A stretch of 64,000 nucleotides of DNA from Betaproteobacteria bacterium (GTDB lineage: Bacteria; Pseudomonadota; Gammaproteobacteria; Burkholderiales; SG8-39): assembly GCA_004297625.1 (NCBI GenBank), contig SCTY01000010.1, positions 74,324 to 138,323 on the forward strand, in the 5' to 3' direction. Every line of letters begins with the position of its first letter. Position 1 is the stretch's first letter. The notes under the pieces are model-generated. The model searched no databases, had not been told where the DNA came from, and saw nothing but the letters and a program-made list of their open reading frames with translations. This document shows, in pieces, positions 37,233 to 50,685 of this stretch. A program made the translations under genes and the position numbers.

Positions 37233-38548
37233 GACTGCTCCTTCGGAAGAACGCGCCGCGCCTTCGCTTCGTAGCGCGGCAGGGTGCCGTACGGATGGCA
37301 CTCGACCGGCACCTTCAGGCCGAGGCGGCTCGACAGGCTGCGCGCCACGATCCCGGCGAGATCGGAGCTTCGAGCGGCGTGGCCCGCATCGCATTCGATC
37401 GCGACCGTCATCGACTTGGGCGAGCCGTCGACCGTATCGACGTAGATTTGCCAGGCGTCCTTGACGGTCCCGGGCGTGCCGGCGACGACGTCTTCGATCT
37501 GGGAAGGGAACACCAGGACGCCCCTCACCTTGAGCACGTCGTCCGACCTTCCGATGATGCGGCCTATGGTCGGCATGCCGCGGCGACCGCATTCGCAGTC
37601 GTAGGGCTTCTCGGCCATGCGTACCAGATCGTGCGTGCGCCAGCGCACCACCGGCGAGGCCTCCTTGTCCAGGGTAGTCACCACCACTTCGCCGACTTCG
37701 CCGGGTCCTGCGGGCTTCAAGCTCTGGGGATCGAGAAGCTCGGTGATCACGGCATCCTCGTTGATGAGGTGCATTTCGTCGCGCCGGTGAGCATACGGGC
37801 ACGCGGCGCCGAGATTCGGGCCGCCGGACTCGGTGGTGCCGTAGCTGTTGCGGGCGGTAAAGCCCGCCGGCATTCCGGCCTCCAGCTCATCGCGGAAGGC
37901 GCGCGACACGGCCTGGCCGCCGATGATCGCCATGCGCACCTTCCAGTCCTTGCGCGGATCGATGCCGTGCTCTCGCGCCACGCGCAGCAGGTTTGCGAGG
38001 AAAAGCGGCGACACTGCGGCCACATCCCAGGCAAGCTCGCGCACCCATTGCACCACGAGCTCGCTGCGACCCGGACCGACCGGAAAGCAGGTCGTGCCGA
38101 GCTCTTGCAGCGCCAGCTCGTGCGCGGGACCCCCGATCCACAGACCATAGCCGAAACCTTGGTAGACCCGATCGCCGGGGCGCACGCCGCTGCAATAGAG
38201 CTGCCGCGCCACCTGGATGGAGAGCTGCCGCAGATCATTGCGAGTAAACCCGAAAAGCACCGGCAGGCCGGTGGTGCCCGAGGTGGCGAAGAAGCGGACC
38301 ACCTTGGAGGCCTCTACCGTCAGCATGGGGAACGGATAACGCGCGCGCAGGTCCGCTTTTTCCATCGTCGGCGCGTGGGCCAGCCCGTCCGCGGCTGCCA
38401 GGTCGCGCGGATGCATGCCTGCCTTGGCGAAGTGCTCGCACCAGTCGGGCGAAGCGGCCAGCCGCTCGCCGAGCGCGGCCAGCTTGCGCGCCTGTAGAGC
38501 CCGCATGCCGTCCCGGTCGAGCGACTCGATTTCCGGATGCAGCATCAT
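37229..38548 (-). CDS. Phenylacetate-CoA ligase (PaaK)-family CoA ligase
   Basis: MEKADLRARYPF, ATSGTTG, GYGLWIGG, YGTTE, VRWRTHDL and GRSDDVLKVRGVLVFPSQIE. Confidence 0.92.
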   Translation of the reverse strand: MMLHPEIESLDRDGMRALQARKLAALGERLAASPDWCEHFAKAGMHPRDLAAADGLAHAPTMEKADLRARYPFPMLTVEASKVVRFFATSGTTGLPVLFGFTRNDLRQLSIQVARQLYCSGVRPGDRVYQGFGYGLWIGGPAHELALQELGTTCFPVGPGRSELVVQWVRELAWDVAAVSPLFLANLLRVAREHGIDPRKDWKVRMAIIGGQAVSRAFRDELEAGMPAGFTARNSYGTTESGGPNLGAACPYAHRRDEMHLINEDAVITELLDPQSLKPAGPGEVGEVVVTTLDKEASPVVRWRTHDLVRMAEKPYDCECGRRGMPTIGRIIGRSDDVLKVRGVLVFPSQIEDVVAGTPGTVKDAWQIYVDTVDGSPKSMTVAIECDAGHAARSSDLAGIVARSLSSRLGLKVPVECHPYGTLPRYEAKARRVLPKEQS

Positions 38549-38630
38549 GGTGTCCCCCTCGTGTGCCGGTCAGCACAAGCCAATCACATCGCTGGAGGAC
38601 TGTCTACTACTTCGACCAACCTTCTTGACG

Positions 38631-39257
38631 CTACCGCGCCCGCACGAGCGCGAGCCAGATGCCGCCCGCGATGAGGAACGATCCGCTGACGCGCGACACG
38701 ACGCGAGCCTTGCTCTTCGACAGCAGCGCGCCGGCGCGTCCGGTGATCACTGCATAGGCGCCGTCGGAAACCACCGCGACCGCCATCGCGGTGAGGCCGA
38801 GCAGCACGATCTGGGCGACGTAATTGCCGCGCGGATCGACGAACTGCGGAATGAACGCGCCGAAGAAAAGCAGCGCCTTCGGGTTCGACATCATGACGAG
38901 AAATCCCTGCAGGAAGAAACCGCCCTTGGGCGCGGGCGCGCTACCGGGCTCCGCGAGCGCCGCCGGCGAGCGCAGCAGCTTCCAGCCCAGCCAGATCAGG
39001 TAAGCCGCGCCCGCGTAGCGCAGCCAATCGAAGATCCCGCCCATCGCTGCGATCACCGACGTGAGCCCGACGACGAGGATCGCCATCAGCATCGCGAGCG
39101 CGAGCTGCGTGCCGGCGACATTGAGCAGTCCCGCGCGCGTGCCGTGGCGCAAGCTGTTGGCGACGATCACCGTGACCGTCGGCCCGGGAACGATGGCGAT
39201 CAGCACGCAGGCGAGGAGGTAGGCGAGATAGAGATCGAGCGGCATGGCCCAGCTCAT
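38631..39257 (-). CDS. LysE/RhtB family translocator
   Basis: IVPGPTV, GAAYLIWLG and NPKALLFF. ATGA overlap with the upstream gene. Confidence 0.92.
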   Translation of the reverse strand: MSWAMPLDLYLAYLLACVLIAIVPGPTVTVIVANSLRHGTRAGLLNVAGTQLALAMLMAILVVGLTSVIAAMGGIFDWLRYAGAAYLIWLGWKLLRSPAALAEPGSAPAPKGGFFLQGFLVMMSNPKALLFFGAFIPQFVDPRGNYVAQIVLLGLTAMAVAVVSDGAYAVITGRAGALLSKSKARVVSRVSGSFLIAGGIWLALVRAR

Positions 39258-40234
39258 CGATACTGGCCGGTGGCGATGGCCCGCGCACGGATGAGGCCAT
39301 AGAGGCTTTCGGTGTACGGCGCGCGCACGCCGGCCTTTGCCGCGATCTCCAGCGGGCCGGCAAGCAATCCGTCGATCTCGAGCGGCTTGCCGGCCTCGAG
39401 ATCCTGCAGCATGGAGGTCTTGAACTTGCCGAGCGCGCGCGCCATGTCGATGCGGGCCTCCGGATCGATGTCCGCGTCCACACCCACCGCGCGGCCGACG
39501 GCGAGCAGCTCGTTGATGATGTGAACCATATAGACCTTGACCTCGCGGTCCTCGATGAGGCGATCCGACGTGCTCATCGTGAGCGCGGAGACCGGGTTGA
39601 AGCTCACGTTGCCGAGCAGCTTCACCCAGAAATCCTTTTCGATCGATTCGCTCACCACGATGTCGAACCCGGCGCTCGCGAGCGCGTCGGCGATGCCGCG
39701 GGTTCGCTGCGTGTTCTTGCCGCCCGGCTCGCCGAGGATCAATTTCTTGCCCATGTTGTGGCTCACGACGCCGGGCTCGGGCGTCGAAGCCGAGAGGTGG
39801 ACGACGCAGCCGACGATGCGCTCCGTCGGCATGGCACGAGCAAGCAGGCCATGCGGGTCGAGCGATTCGAGGCGCTGCCTGCCATCGCCGAACCCCAGGC
39901 GGTCGAAGAACCACCACGGCACGCCGTTCATCGCGGTAAGGATCGAGGTATTCGCGCCGACCAACGGCCCGATGCCCTGCGCCACCTCGGGAAGGCTATG
40001 TCCCTTGACCGCGACCACGACGTAATCCTGCGGCCCGAGCGTCGATGCGTCGCTTTCGGCCTTGACCGAGGCGGACAGTTGCTCGCCGCTGCGTTCCCGG
40101 ACCCGCAATCCGGCGCGGCGGATCGCTTCGAGGTGCCTGCCGCGCGCGATGACCGACACCTCGCGGCCGGAACGCGCGAGCCAGGCGGCGATCAAACCCC
40201 CGACCGCCCCCGCGCCATAGACGCAGATTTTCAT
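39254..40234 (-). CDS. 2-dehydropantoate 2-reductase (ApbA/PanE) family
   Basis: GAGAVGG, AMNGVPWWFF, WVKLLGN and KTSMLQDLEAGKPLE. Confidence 0.9.
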   Translation of the reverse strand: MKICVYGAGAVGGLIAAWLARSGREVSVIARGRHLEAIRRAGLRVRERSGEQLSASVKAESDASTLGPQDYVVVAVKGHSLPEVAQGIGPLVGANTSILTAMNGVPWWFFDRLGFGDGRQRLESLDPHGLLARAMPTERIVGCVVHLSASTPEPGVVSHNMGKKLILGEPGGKNTQRTRGIADALASAGFDIVVSESIEKDFWVKLLGNVSFNPVSALTMSTSDRLIEDREVKVYMVHIINELLAVGRAVGVDADIDPEARIDMARALGKFKTSMLQDLEAGKPLEIDGLLAGPLEIAAKAGVRAPYTESLYGLIRARAIATGQYR

Positions 40235-40256
40235 GGTGTTATTCTAAGGAAAGCCC

Positions 40257-40912
40257 ATGTTCTCTTTCATGAAGAAGATGACCAAGCTGCTGCCGGCCGA
40301 GCACGCTTTGCCGGGACGCACGGCGAAAATGCCGGTGCCGGAAGCGCACTTCATCAACGGCCGCCGGATGGTGGCGCCATTTCCCGACGGAATGCAGCTC
40401 GCGCAGTTCGGCATGGGCTGCTTCTGGGGTGCCGAGCGTGTTTTTTGGCAGATGCCGGGCGTGTACTCCACGGCGGTCGGCTATGCCGGCGGCGAGACGA
40501 AGAATCCGACTTACGAGGAAGTCTGCACCGGGCTCACCAATCACGCCGAGATGGTGCTGGTGGTGTTCGACCCGAGGGGGGTGAGCTACGAGGAGCTGCT
40601 CAGGCGGTTCTGGGAAAGCCACGACCCGACGCAAGGCATGCGGCAGGGCAACGATGCCGGCACGCAATACCGCTCGGCGATTTACGCCTACGGCGACGAG
40701 CAGTTGCGCCTCGCCAGGGCTTCCAAGGAGATGTTCGAGAAAGCGCTGAAGGCAAAAGGCTTCGGCCCGGTCACCACGGAAATCCGTCCGGCGCCGGAGT
40801 TCTATTACGCCGAGGATTACCACCAGCAGTATCTCGGCAAGAACCCGGCCGGGTACTGCGGCCTGGGCGGCACCGGCGTGAGTTGCCCGGTCGGGGTGCT
40901 CGCGAAAGCGTG

Positions 40913-40913
<1 letters not shown>
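40257..40913 (+). CDS. msrA: Peptide-methionine (S)-S-oxide reductase
   Basis: [19 protein letters not shown] and [10 protein letters not shown]. Confidence 0.97.
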
Positions 40914-41277
<364 letters not shown>

Positions 41278-41281
<4 letters not shown>

Positions 41282-41721
41282 CGACCGCCGTTGTCCTTGA
41301 AGTAGCGCTCGAGATCGCGCGCATTGACCCACGAGAGGTCCTTCGGGATCTCTTCGGCGACGAGCTTCTGCACTTCCTTGCCAAGCTCCCGGCGCAGGGC
41401 GCCGAGGAATTTCGGCGGGGCCACCAGGTGCAGGCGGTCGAAGCGATGCTGGTTGCGCGCCTTCTCCAGGTAGTCGCCGACACGCTTGGCGAAAAGCTCG
41501 TCGTAGTGATCTCCCGTGCGCTGCTCGTCGTCGCTCGAGTGACCGCCGGGGCGGTCCTGGCCGCGGAAGCGGCCTGACGCGTCGGTGTTGATCTCGCGGT
41601 TGTGTAGCCGCCCTTGCGGATTGAGCAGGTCTTCGATTTCGAGCAGCTGCTGATCGCGGTCCGCAACTTGCAGGACTCTCGCGCGGCTCGCATCGGCCGC
41701 GATGATCCAGGTGGTCGCCAT
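41278..41721 (-). CDS. Host attachment protein family (AtsE-like / bacterial aeRF1-like)
   Basis: TWIIAADASRAR, LHLVAPPKFLGALR and EIPKDL. Confidence 0.85.
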
Positions 41722-41777
41722 GAAGGTTCGACTTGCCGCCAGTGAACGAGGTTCTTGAAAACGGGATCTAACTGCGC

Positions 41778-42917
41778 ATGAACCGCATTTTCGTCGGCGG
41801 GACCCTCGGGGCGCTCGCCATGTACTTTCTGGATCCGCGCGACGGCCGCCGTCGCCGGGCGCGGACGCGAGACAAGATGGTGCATGCCGCCCGGGTGCTG
41901 AACGACGCCGGCAAAGTGACTGCGCGGGACACCGCGCACCGCGCGAGAGGCATGTGGGCGACGACCCGCAAGCTCTTCAAGCATGAGGGCGTGCCCGACG
42001 AAGTGCTGGTCGGAAGAGTGCGCGCCGAGCTCGGGCGCGTGGTGTCGCACCCGCATTCGGTGGAGGTCACCGCTGCGGGCGGCCATGTGACCCTGTCCGG
42101 GCCGATCCTCGCCGAGGAGGTGCGCCCGTTGCTGCGCTGCGTGCGCCGCGTCGACGGCGTGCGCGCGGTCAGCGACCGGCTCGCCGTCTACGAAGACAGC
42201 GCGCACGTCTCGGGCCTGCAGGGCGGGCATCCGCGTCCCGGCAGCCGCTTCGAGCTCATGCAGGACAACTGGTCGCCCGCCGCACGATTGGCTACCGCCA
42301 GCGCCGGCGCCGCCATGCTGCTCGCTTCGACACGCGCGCGCGGCGGCATGTGCGCGCTCCTCGGGCTGTCGGGCGGCGCGCTGCTCGCGCGCGCGGCCAC
42401 GAACAGGAACCTCATGGCGCTTCTCGGGCTCGCGCGCGCGAGCCAGGGCATCGTGGTCCAGAAGACGATCGACGTCGACGCGCCGGTCGAGCAGGTGTTC
42501 GCGTTCTGGACCGACTACCAGAATTTCCCGCGCTTCATGCACAACGTGCGCGAGGTGCAGGTCCAGGAGGACCGCTCGACCTGGCTGGTGACCGGGCCGG
42601 CCGGCGTGCCGGTGCAGTGGACTTCCAAAGTGGTGCGGCTCGAGCCGAACTCGTTCATCGAGTGGCGCTCCCTCTACGACTCGACGGTGAAGCACGAGGG
42701 CAGCGTGCGCTTCCAGCCGAACGGCAGCGGCGGCACGCGGGTCACGGTGCGGCTGTGCTACCTGCCGCCCGCCGGCGCTTTCGGGCACGCCGTCGCTTCG
42801 ATGTTCGGCGCGGATCCGAAGGCCGAGATGGACGCCGACCTGCTGCGCATGAAGACCATGATCGAGACCGGCCGCGCGCCGCACGACGCGGCGCGTCCCG
42901 CGCCCAGAGAAAGCTAA
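41778..42917 (+). CDS. BON domain + SRPBCC (cyclase/dehydrase) fusion protein
   Basis: MYFLDPRDGRRRR, RVRAELGR...VTLSG (BON) and FWTDYQNFPRFM...DLLRMKTMIETG (SRPBCC). Confidence 0.82.
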   Translation: MNRIFVGGTLGALAMYFLDPRDGRRRRARTRDKMVHAARVLNDAGKVTARDTAHRARGMWATTRKLFKHEGVPDEVLVGRVRAELGRVVSHPHSVEVTAAGGHVTLSGPILAEEVRPLLRCVRRVDGVRAVSDRLAVYEDSAHVSGLQGGHPRPGSRFELMQDNWSPAARLATASAGAAMLLASTRARGGMCALLGLSGGALLARAATNRNLMALLGLARASQGIVVQKTIDVDAPVEQVFAFWTDYQNFPRFMHNVREVQVQEDRSTWLVTGPAGVPVQWTSKVVRLEPNSFIEWRSLYDSTVKHEGSVRFQPNGSGGTRVTVRLCYLPPAGAFGHAVASMFGADPKAEMDADLLRMKTMIETGRAPHDAARPAPRES

Positions 42918-42926
42918 AACAAAGAA

Positions 42927-42975
42927 CAGGGACAGACCACGATTTCCAGACTTCGGAAATCGTGGTCTGTCCCTG
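42927..42975. repeat. REP-like palindrome (21-bp perfect stem), possible bidirectional terminator
   Basis: CAGGGACAGACCACGATTTCC-N7-GGAAATCGTGGTCTGTCCCTG between convergent genes; same core as 58332-58397. Confidence 0.85.
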
Positions 42976-42992
42976 ATTTGCTGTTGATCTTT

Positions 42993-45684
<2,692 letters not shown>

Positions 45685-45695
<11 letters not shown>

Positions 45696-45879
45696 CGAAG
45701 CCTCCATCGTTGATCCACAGCGCTTCGGCGCTGCAGCTTTGTTTTTCAAGTTGGGACATGAGTCGCGAGCGTTCTTCCAGCAATGCGGGCAGATGCTGGT
45801 CACAACGGGCGATCGGGGTTGGGTAGCGCCGGATCTCCTCCGAGATCTCGGCGATTCTTCGTTCCAGCCAGGCGCTCAT
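45685..45879 (-). CDS. Small hypothetical protein (64 aa) with a YPTPIARCD motif
   Basis: [40 protein letters not shown]...WINDGG. AGGAG RBS; overlaps the acnA start by 11 nt. Confidence 0.7.
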
Positions 45880-45890
45880 TTGGTCTCCTG

Positions 45891-45975
45891 CCCCCCTGTG
45901 AAGGGGGGAGCGAGCGAAGCGAGCGGGGGGTTCTGCTTTTCGGGAATTAGGGCTCTGACCCCGAATTTCGGGTCC
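45891..45975. repeat. Intergenic REP-like composite: C6/G6 hairpin, GCGAGCGAAGCGAGC, and a degenerate half-copy of the GGGACAGACC family
   Basis: CCCCCC-TGTGAA-GGGGGG. The minus strand reads GACCCGAAATTCGGGGTCAGAGCCC, versus GACCCGAAATCAGGGACAGACCAC at 58326. Confidence 0.55.
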
Positions 45976-45977
45976 GC

Positions 45978-47405
45978 TCATATGACGAAGAGATCGACGA
46001 ACTCGTCGACCGGCGTGGCGGCGAGCTTCTCGGCGTTCAGGCAAAGCTCGAGTATCGCCTTCTGCTGCTTGGCCGGGAAGCGGCGCGCGAGGTTGCGCTC
46101 GAACTTCTCGACCAGGATCGGCATGCCCTCCTTGCGGCGGCGCTTGTGGCCGATCGGGTACTCGACCGCGACCTCGGCGAGCTTCTTTCCGTCCTTGAAC
46201 TCGACGGTGAGCGCGTTGGCGATGGAGCGCTTCTCGGGATCGTGATAGTCGCGCGTGAACTGCGGATCCTCGACGCACACGATCTTTTCGCGCAGCAGGT
46301 CGATGCGCGGGTCGCGCGCCACTTCGTCCTCGTAATCCGCGGCCGTCAGGCGGCCGAAGAGCAGGGGGACGGCGACCATGTACTGGATGCAATGGTCGCG
46401 ATCGGCCGGATTGTCGAGCGGGCCCTTCTTGTCGATGATGCGCACCGCCGCCTCGTGGGTTCTTATTCTGATGCTTTGTATGTCCTCGATCCGGTTTTTC
46501 ACCACCGGATGCAGCTGCATGGCGGCTTCCACCGCGGTCTGCGCGTGGAACTCGGCCGGGAAGGAGATCTTGAAAAGCACGTTCTCCATCACGTAGCTGC
46601 CGAAGGGCCGCTGGAACTTGAAGTCGTTGCCCTTGAAGAGCACGTCGAAGAAGCCCCAGGTCTTCGCGCTGAGCACCGACGGATAGCCCATTTCTCCGGT
46701 CTTGGAGATGAGCGCCAGGCGCACCGCGCGCGCGGTGGCGTCGCCCGCCGCCCAGCTCTTGCGCGAGCCGGTGTTCGGCGCATGGCGGTACGTGCGCAGG
46801 CTCTGGCCGTCCACCCAGGCCTGGGAGACCGCGTTGACGATTTCCTCATAGGTCAAACCCAACAACTGGGAAACCACTGCGGTCGAGGCGACCTTGACCA
46901 GCACCACGTGATCGAGCCCCACGCGGTTGAAGCTGTTCTCGAGCGCGAGCACGCCCTGGATCTCGTGCGCCTTGATCATCGCCGTGAGAACGTCTTTAAC
47001 AACCAAACGGGTTTTGTTTCTACTTAAGAAGTCTGCTGTGGCGAGGATGCCGCCGAGGTTGTCGGACGGATGGCCCCATTCGGCGGCGAGCCAGGTGTCG
47101 TTGAAGTCGAGCCAGCGGATCATCGCGCCGATGTTGAACGCCGCCTGCACCGGGTCGAGCTGGAACTGCGTGCCGGGAACTTTCGCTCCGTTCGGCACGA
47201 CGGTGCCGCGCACGATCGGGCCGAGGAGCTTGGTGCAAGCCGGGTATTCGAGCGCTTCGAAACCGCAGCCCAGCGTGTCCATCAGGCAGTAGCGCGCGGT
47301 CTTGTACGCTTCCTTGCTCGTCACCTCGTGCTTGGTGACGTAATCGGCGATGTCGGTGAGGACCTTGTCGGGCTTCGGGCGGACGTTGGAGATGGGCGCA
47401 GACAT
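45978..47405 (-). CDS. prpD: 2-methylcitrate dehydratase
   Basis: [34 protein letters not shown] and [13 protein letters not shown]. Confidence 0.96.
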   Translation of the reverse strand: MSAPISNVRPKPDKVLTDIADYVTKHEVTSKEAYKTARYCLMDTLGCGFEALEYPACTKLLGPIVRGTVVPNGAKVPGTQFQLDPVQAAFNIGAMIRWLDFNDTWLAAEWGHPSDNLGGILATADFLSRNKTRLVVKDVLTAMIKAHEIQGVLALENSFNRVGLDHVVLVKVASTAVVSQLLGLTYEEIVNAVSQAWVDGQSLRTYRHAPNTGSRKSWAAGDATARAVRLALISKTGEMGYPSVLSAKTWGFFDVLFKGNDFKFQRPFGSYVMENVLFKISFPAEFHAQTAVEAAMQLHPVVKNRIEDIQSIRIRTHEAAVRIIDKKGPLDNPADRDHCIQYMVAVPLLFGRLTAADYEDEVARDPRIDLLREKIVCVEDPQFTRDYHDPEKRSIANALTVEFKDGKKLAEVAVEYPIGHKRRRKEGMPILVEKFERNLARRFPAKQQKAILELCLNAEKLAATPVDEFVDLFVI

Positions 47406-47642
47406 TTAATTATTGGTGTCGGCGTTGTCGTCGACATCGAAGCTCCACTCGAAGCCGCCGCTCGGCTTGAACGTATGCTCGGCGCCTCCCGAGCGCGGGG
47501 CGTGACGCATCGACGGGCTCGGCGAGCGCTCGGCGGGATTCTTGTCCCACCAGACGGCGCGGCCCTCGCGCTGCGACTCGATCTCTTCCGGATGCTCGGC
47601 GAGGTACTGCCTCATGAATTTCGTCAGATCGGACTCGTACAT
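47406..47642 (-). CDS. DUF3460 family small protein
   Basis: MYESDLTKFMRQYLAEHPE...QREGRAVWWDK. Confidence 0.75.
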   Translation of the reverse strand: MYESDLTKFMRQYLAEHPEEIESQREGRAVWWDKNPAERSPSPSMRHAPRSGGAEHTFKPSGGFEWSFDVDDNADTNN

Positions 47643-47650
47643 GAACTTCC

Positions 47651-48802
47651 TTACCGTTGATTCAACGGCACCCACTTGCGGTTCTCGGGGCCGGTGTAGT
47701 TCGCGCTCGGGCGGATGATCTTGCCGTCGGCACGCTGCTCGATGACGTGCGCCGACCAGCCGCTGGTGCGCGAGATGACGAAAAGCGGCGTGAACATCGC
47801 GGTCGGCACGCCCATGCGGTGATACGACACGGCGCTGTACCAGTCCAGGTTGGCGAACATCTTCTTCTCGCGCCACATCACCTCCTCGAGGCGCTCGGCG
47901 ATGCTGAAGAGCTTCATTTCGCCCGCGGACTTCGAAAGCCGCCGTGCCACTTCCTTGATGACCTGGTTGCGCGGGTCGCCGGTCGTGTAGACCGGGTGGC
48001 CGAAGCCGATGACGATCTCCTTCGCCTGGATGCGGCGCACGATGTCCGCTTCTGCCTCATCCGGATTTTGATATCTGGATTGAACTTCAAAAGCCACCTC
48101 GTTGGCGCCGCCGTGCTTCGGACCTTTTAGCGCGGCGATGCCGGCGGTAATCGCGCTGTACATGTCCGATCCGGTTCCCGCCACCACGCGGCAGGCGAAG
48201 GTGCTGGCGTTGAACTCGTGCTCGGCGTACAGGATGAGCGAGGTGTGCATCGCCCGCACCCACTCGGGCGAGGGCTTCATGCCGTGCAACATGCGCAGGA
48301 AGTGGCCGCCGATCGAATCGTCGTCGGTCTCGGTCTCGACGCGCTTGCCGTGACGGCTGTAGTGATGCCAGTAGACCAGCATCGAGCCGAGCGAGGCCAT
48401 CAGCCGGTCGGAGATGTCGCGCGCGCCGTACGGGTTGTGATCGTCCTTCTCCGGGAACAGCGTCCCGAGCATCGACACGCCGGTGCGCATCACGTCCATC
48501 GGGTGCGCCGTCTTGGGAATGCACTCGAGGACGGTCCTGAGCTCCTTCGGCAGGCCGCGCAGGCCTTTGAGCTTCGCCTTGTACTTCGCGAGCTCCGCCT
48601 GCGTGGGCAGCTTCTCGTGCACCAGGAGATAAGCCACGTCCTCGAATTCCGCCGCGTCGGCGAAATCGAGAATATCGTATCCCCGGTAGTGCAGATCGTT
48701 GCCCGAGCGCCCGACGGTGCAGAGCGCCGTGTTGCCCGCCGCCACGCCGGAGAGCGCGACGGATTTCTTCGGCTTAGGAACGTTTTCGGCTGAAGAGCTC
48801 AT
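47651..48802 (-). CDS. prpC: 2-methylcitrate synthase
   Basis: [36 protein letters not shown] and NLDWYSA. Confidence 0.96.
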   Translation of the reverse strand: MSSSAENVPKPKKSVALSGVAAGNTALCTVGRSGNDLHYRGYDILDFADAAEFEDVAYLLVHEKLPTQAELAKYKAKLKGLRGLPKELRTVLECIPKTAHPMDVMRTGVSMLGTLFPEKDDHNPYGARDISDRLMASLGSMLVYWHHYSRHGKRVETETDDDSIGGHFLRMLHGMKPSPEWVRAMHTSLILYAEHEFNASTFACRVVAGTGSDMYSAITAGIAALKGPKHGGANEVAFEVQSRYQNPDEAEADIVRRIQAKEIVIGFGHPVYTTGDPRNQVIKEVARRLSKSAGEMKLFSIAERLEEVMWREKKMFANLDWYSAVSYHRMGVPTAMFTPLFVISRTSGWSAHVIEQRADGKIIRPSANYTGPENRKWVPLNQR

Positions 48803-49652
48803 CGAGTTTTTGTTCGTAAGAGTGGTAGTCGAGGAACTCGTAGAGCTCCTCCCGGGTCTGCATCTCAGGAATCATGGAGCGCTGCGTGCCGTCCTTGCGC
48901 AGCGCGTCGTACACCTTGAGCGCGGCCTTGTTCATCGCGCGGAACGCCGTGAGCGGGTAAAGCGCGATGGCGACGCCCGCGGAGCGCAGCTCCTCGAGCG
49001 TGAAGAGCGGCGTGCTTCCGAACTCGGTGATGTTGGCGAGCACGGGCACCTTCGCCGCTGCCGCGAAGCGGCCATACATTTCTATTGAGGGGACCGCTTC
49101 GGGGAAGACCATGTCCGCTCCCGCATCGACATATTTTCTTATTCTTTGAAGAGCAGAATCGAACCCCTCGCTGGCGAGAGCGTCGGTGCGCGCCATGATG
49201 ACGAACTGCGCGTCGCTGCGCGCGTCCACCGCCGCCTTGATGCGGTCGCACATCTCTTCGGCCGGCACGATTTCCTTGCCCGGGCGGTGACCGCAGCGCT
49301 TCGCGCCGACCTGGTCCTCGAGGTGCATCGCGGCCGCGCCCGCCTTGATGAGCGAGCGCGTGGTGCGCGCGACGTTGAACGCGCTGGCGCCGAAGCCGGT
49401 ATCCACGTCGACGAGCAGCGGCAGGTCGCACACGTCCGTGATCCGGCGGATGTCGATCAGCACGTCGTCCAGGTTGGAGATGCCGAGGTCCGGCATGCCG
49501 AGCGATCCGGCGGCGACGCCGCCGCCGGAGAGGTAGATCGCGCGGTACCCCGTGCGCTTCGCGAGCAACGCGTGATAGGCGCAGATGGTCCCGACGACCT
49601 GAAGCGGCTTTTCGCGCTCGAGCGCTTCCCTGAACTTTTGACCGGCGCTCAT
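48774..49652 (-). CDS. prpB: 2-methylisocitrate lyase
   Basis: [24 protein letters not shown] and MQTREELY. Start at ATG 49652. Confidence 0.96.
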   Translation of the reverse strand: MSAGQKFREALEREKPLQVVGTICAYHALLAKRTGYRAIYLSGGGVAAGSLGMPDLGISNLDDVLIDIRRITDVCDLPLLVDVDTGFGASAFNVARTTRSLIKAGAAAMHLEDQVGAKRCGHRPGKEIVPAEEMCDRIKAAVDARSDAQFVIMARTDALASEGFDSALQRIRKYVDAGADMVFPEAVPSIEMYGRFAAAAKVPVLANITEFGSTPLFTLEELRSAGVAIALYPLTAFRAMNKAALKVYDALRKDGTQRSMIPEMQTREELYEFLDYHSYEQKLDELFSRKRS

Positions 49653-50653
49653 CCGAGCAGATGCTTGATGCCCTCGCGCTCCTCGTGCAGCTCCTTCAGC
49701 GTGGCATCCATGCGCTTGCGGCCGAACTCGCTGATCTCGATGCCCTTCACGCCTTCGTAGCTGCCGCCTTTGCAGGTCACCGGGTAGCCGTAGATCACGC
49801 CTTCGGGGATCCCATAGCTGCCATCGGAGGGCACGCCCATCGTCACCCAGTCGCCGGCGCGCGTTCCGTGCACCCAGTCGCGGATATGGTCGATGGCGGC
49901 GTTGGCCGCGCTCGCCGCGGAGGACAGGCCGCGGGCATCGATGATCGCGGCGCCGCGCTTCTGCACCGTGGGAATGAACGTCGATTCGAGCCACGCCTGA
50001 TCGTTGATCATGGGCCAGACTTTCTTGCCCGCATTTCCCTCGACCACCTCGGCCTGGAACACGTCCGGGTACTGGGTCGCCGAATGGTTGCCCCACACGA
50101 TCATCTTGCGGATCGAAGACACCGGCTTTGCAATTTTTTGCGAAACCTGGCTGCTCGCGCGGTTATGGTCCAGACGCATCATGCCGGTGAACTGCTGCGG
50201 CTTGAGGCTCGGCGCGTTCTTCATCGCGATGAGGCAATTGGTGTTCGCGGGGTTGCCGACCACCAGCACCTTGACGTTGCGCTTCGCCACCCGGTCGAGC
50301 GCCTTGCCCTGCGGTGCAAAAATCTTGCCGTTCGCCTCGAGCAGATCCTTGCGCTCCATTCCCGGGCCGCGCGGCCGCGCGCCGACGAGCAAAGCGACGT
50401 CCGCGTCCTTGAACGCGACCATCGGGTCGGACGCGGCGGCCATGCCGTGGAGCAGGGGAAAGGCGCAGTCGTCGAGCTCCATCATCACGCCCTTGAGCGC
50501 TTTCTGGGCTTTCTCGTCGGGAATCTCGAGCAGCTGCAGGATCACGGGCTGATCGGCGCCGAGCATGTCGCCGGCGGCGATCCGGAAAAGAATCGAGTAA
50601 CCGATCTGGCCGGCGGCGCCGGTTACCGCTACACGAATAGGGGTCTTGGACAT
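49649..50653 (-). CDS. mdh: Malate dehydrogenase
   Basis: [27 protein letters not shown] and WGNHS. Confidence 0.97.
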   Translation of the reverse strand: MSKTPIRVAVTGAAGQIGYSILFRIAAGDMLGADQPVILQLLEIPDEKAQKALKGVMMELDDCAFPLLHGMAAASDPMVAFKDADVALLVGARPRGPGMERKDLLEANGKIFAPQGKALDRVAKRNVKVLVVGNPANTNCLIAMKNAPSLKPQQFTGMMRLDHNRASSQVSQKIAKPVSSIRKMIVWGNHSATQYPDVFQAEVVEGNAGKKVWPMINDQAWLESTFIPTVQKRGAAIIDARGLSSAASAANAAIDHIRDWVHGTRAGDWVTMGVPSDGSYGIPEGVIYGYPVTCKGGSYEGVKGIEISEFGRKRMDATLKELHEEREGIKHLLG

Positions 50654-50685
50654 CGAAGAGCCTCGGCGGGGACAGTGTGTTTTCG

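Noticed and set aside
20123-38630. Island as a dusA-associated integrative element (it begins right at the dusA 5' end)
   Set aside because: I saw no integrase, no duplicated dusA 5' fragment at the far end and no flanking direct repeats. The adjacency alone is insufficient.
38549-38630. Cobalamin riboswitch upstream of the mutase operon
   Set aside because: The gap is only about 80 nt and has no recognisable B12-box.
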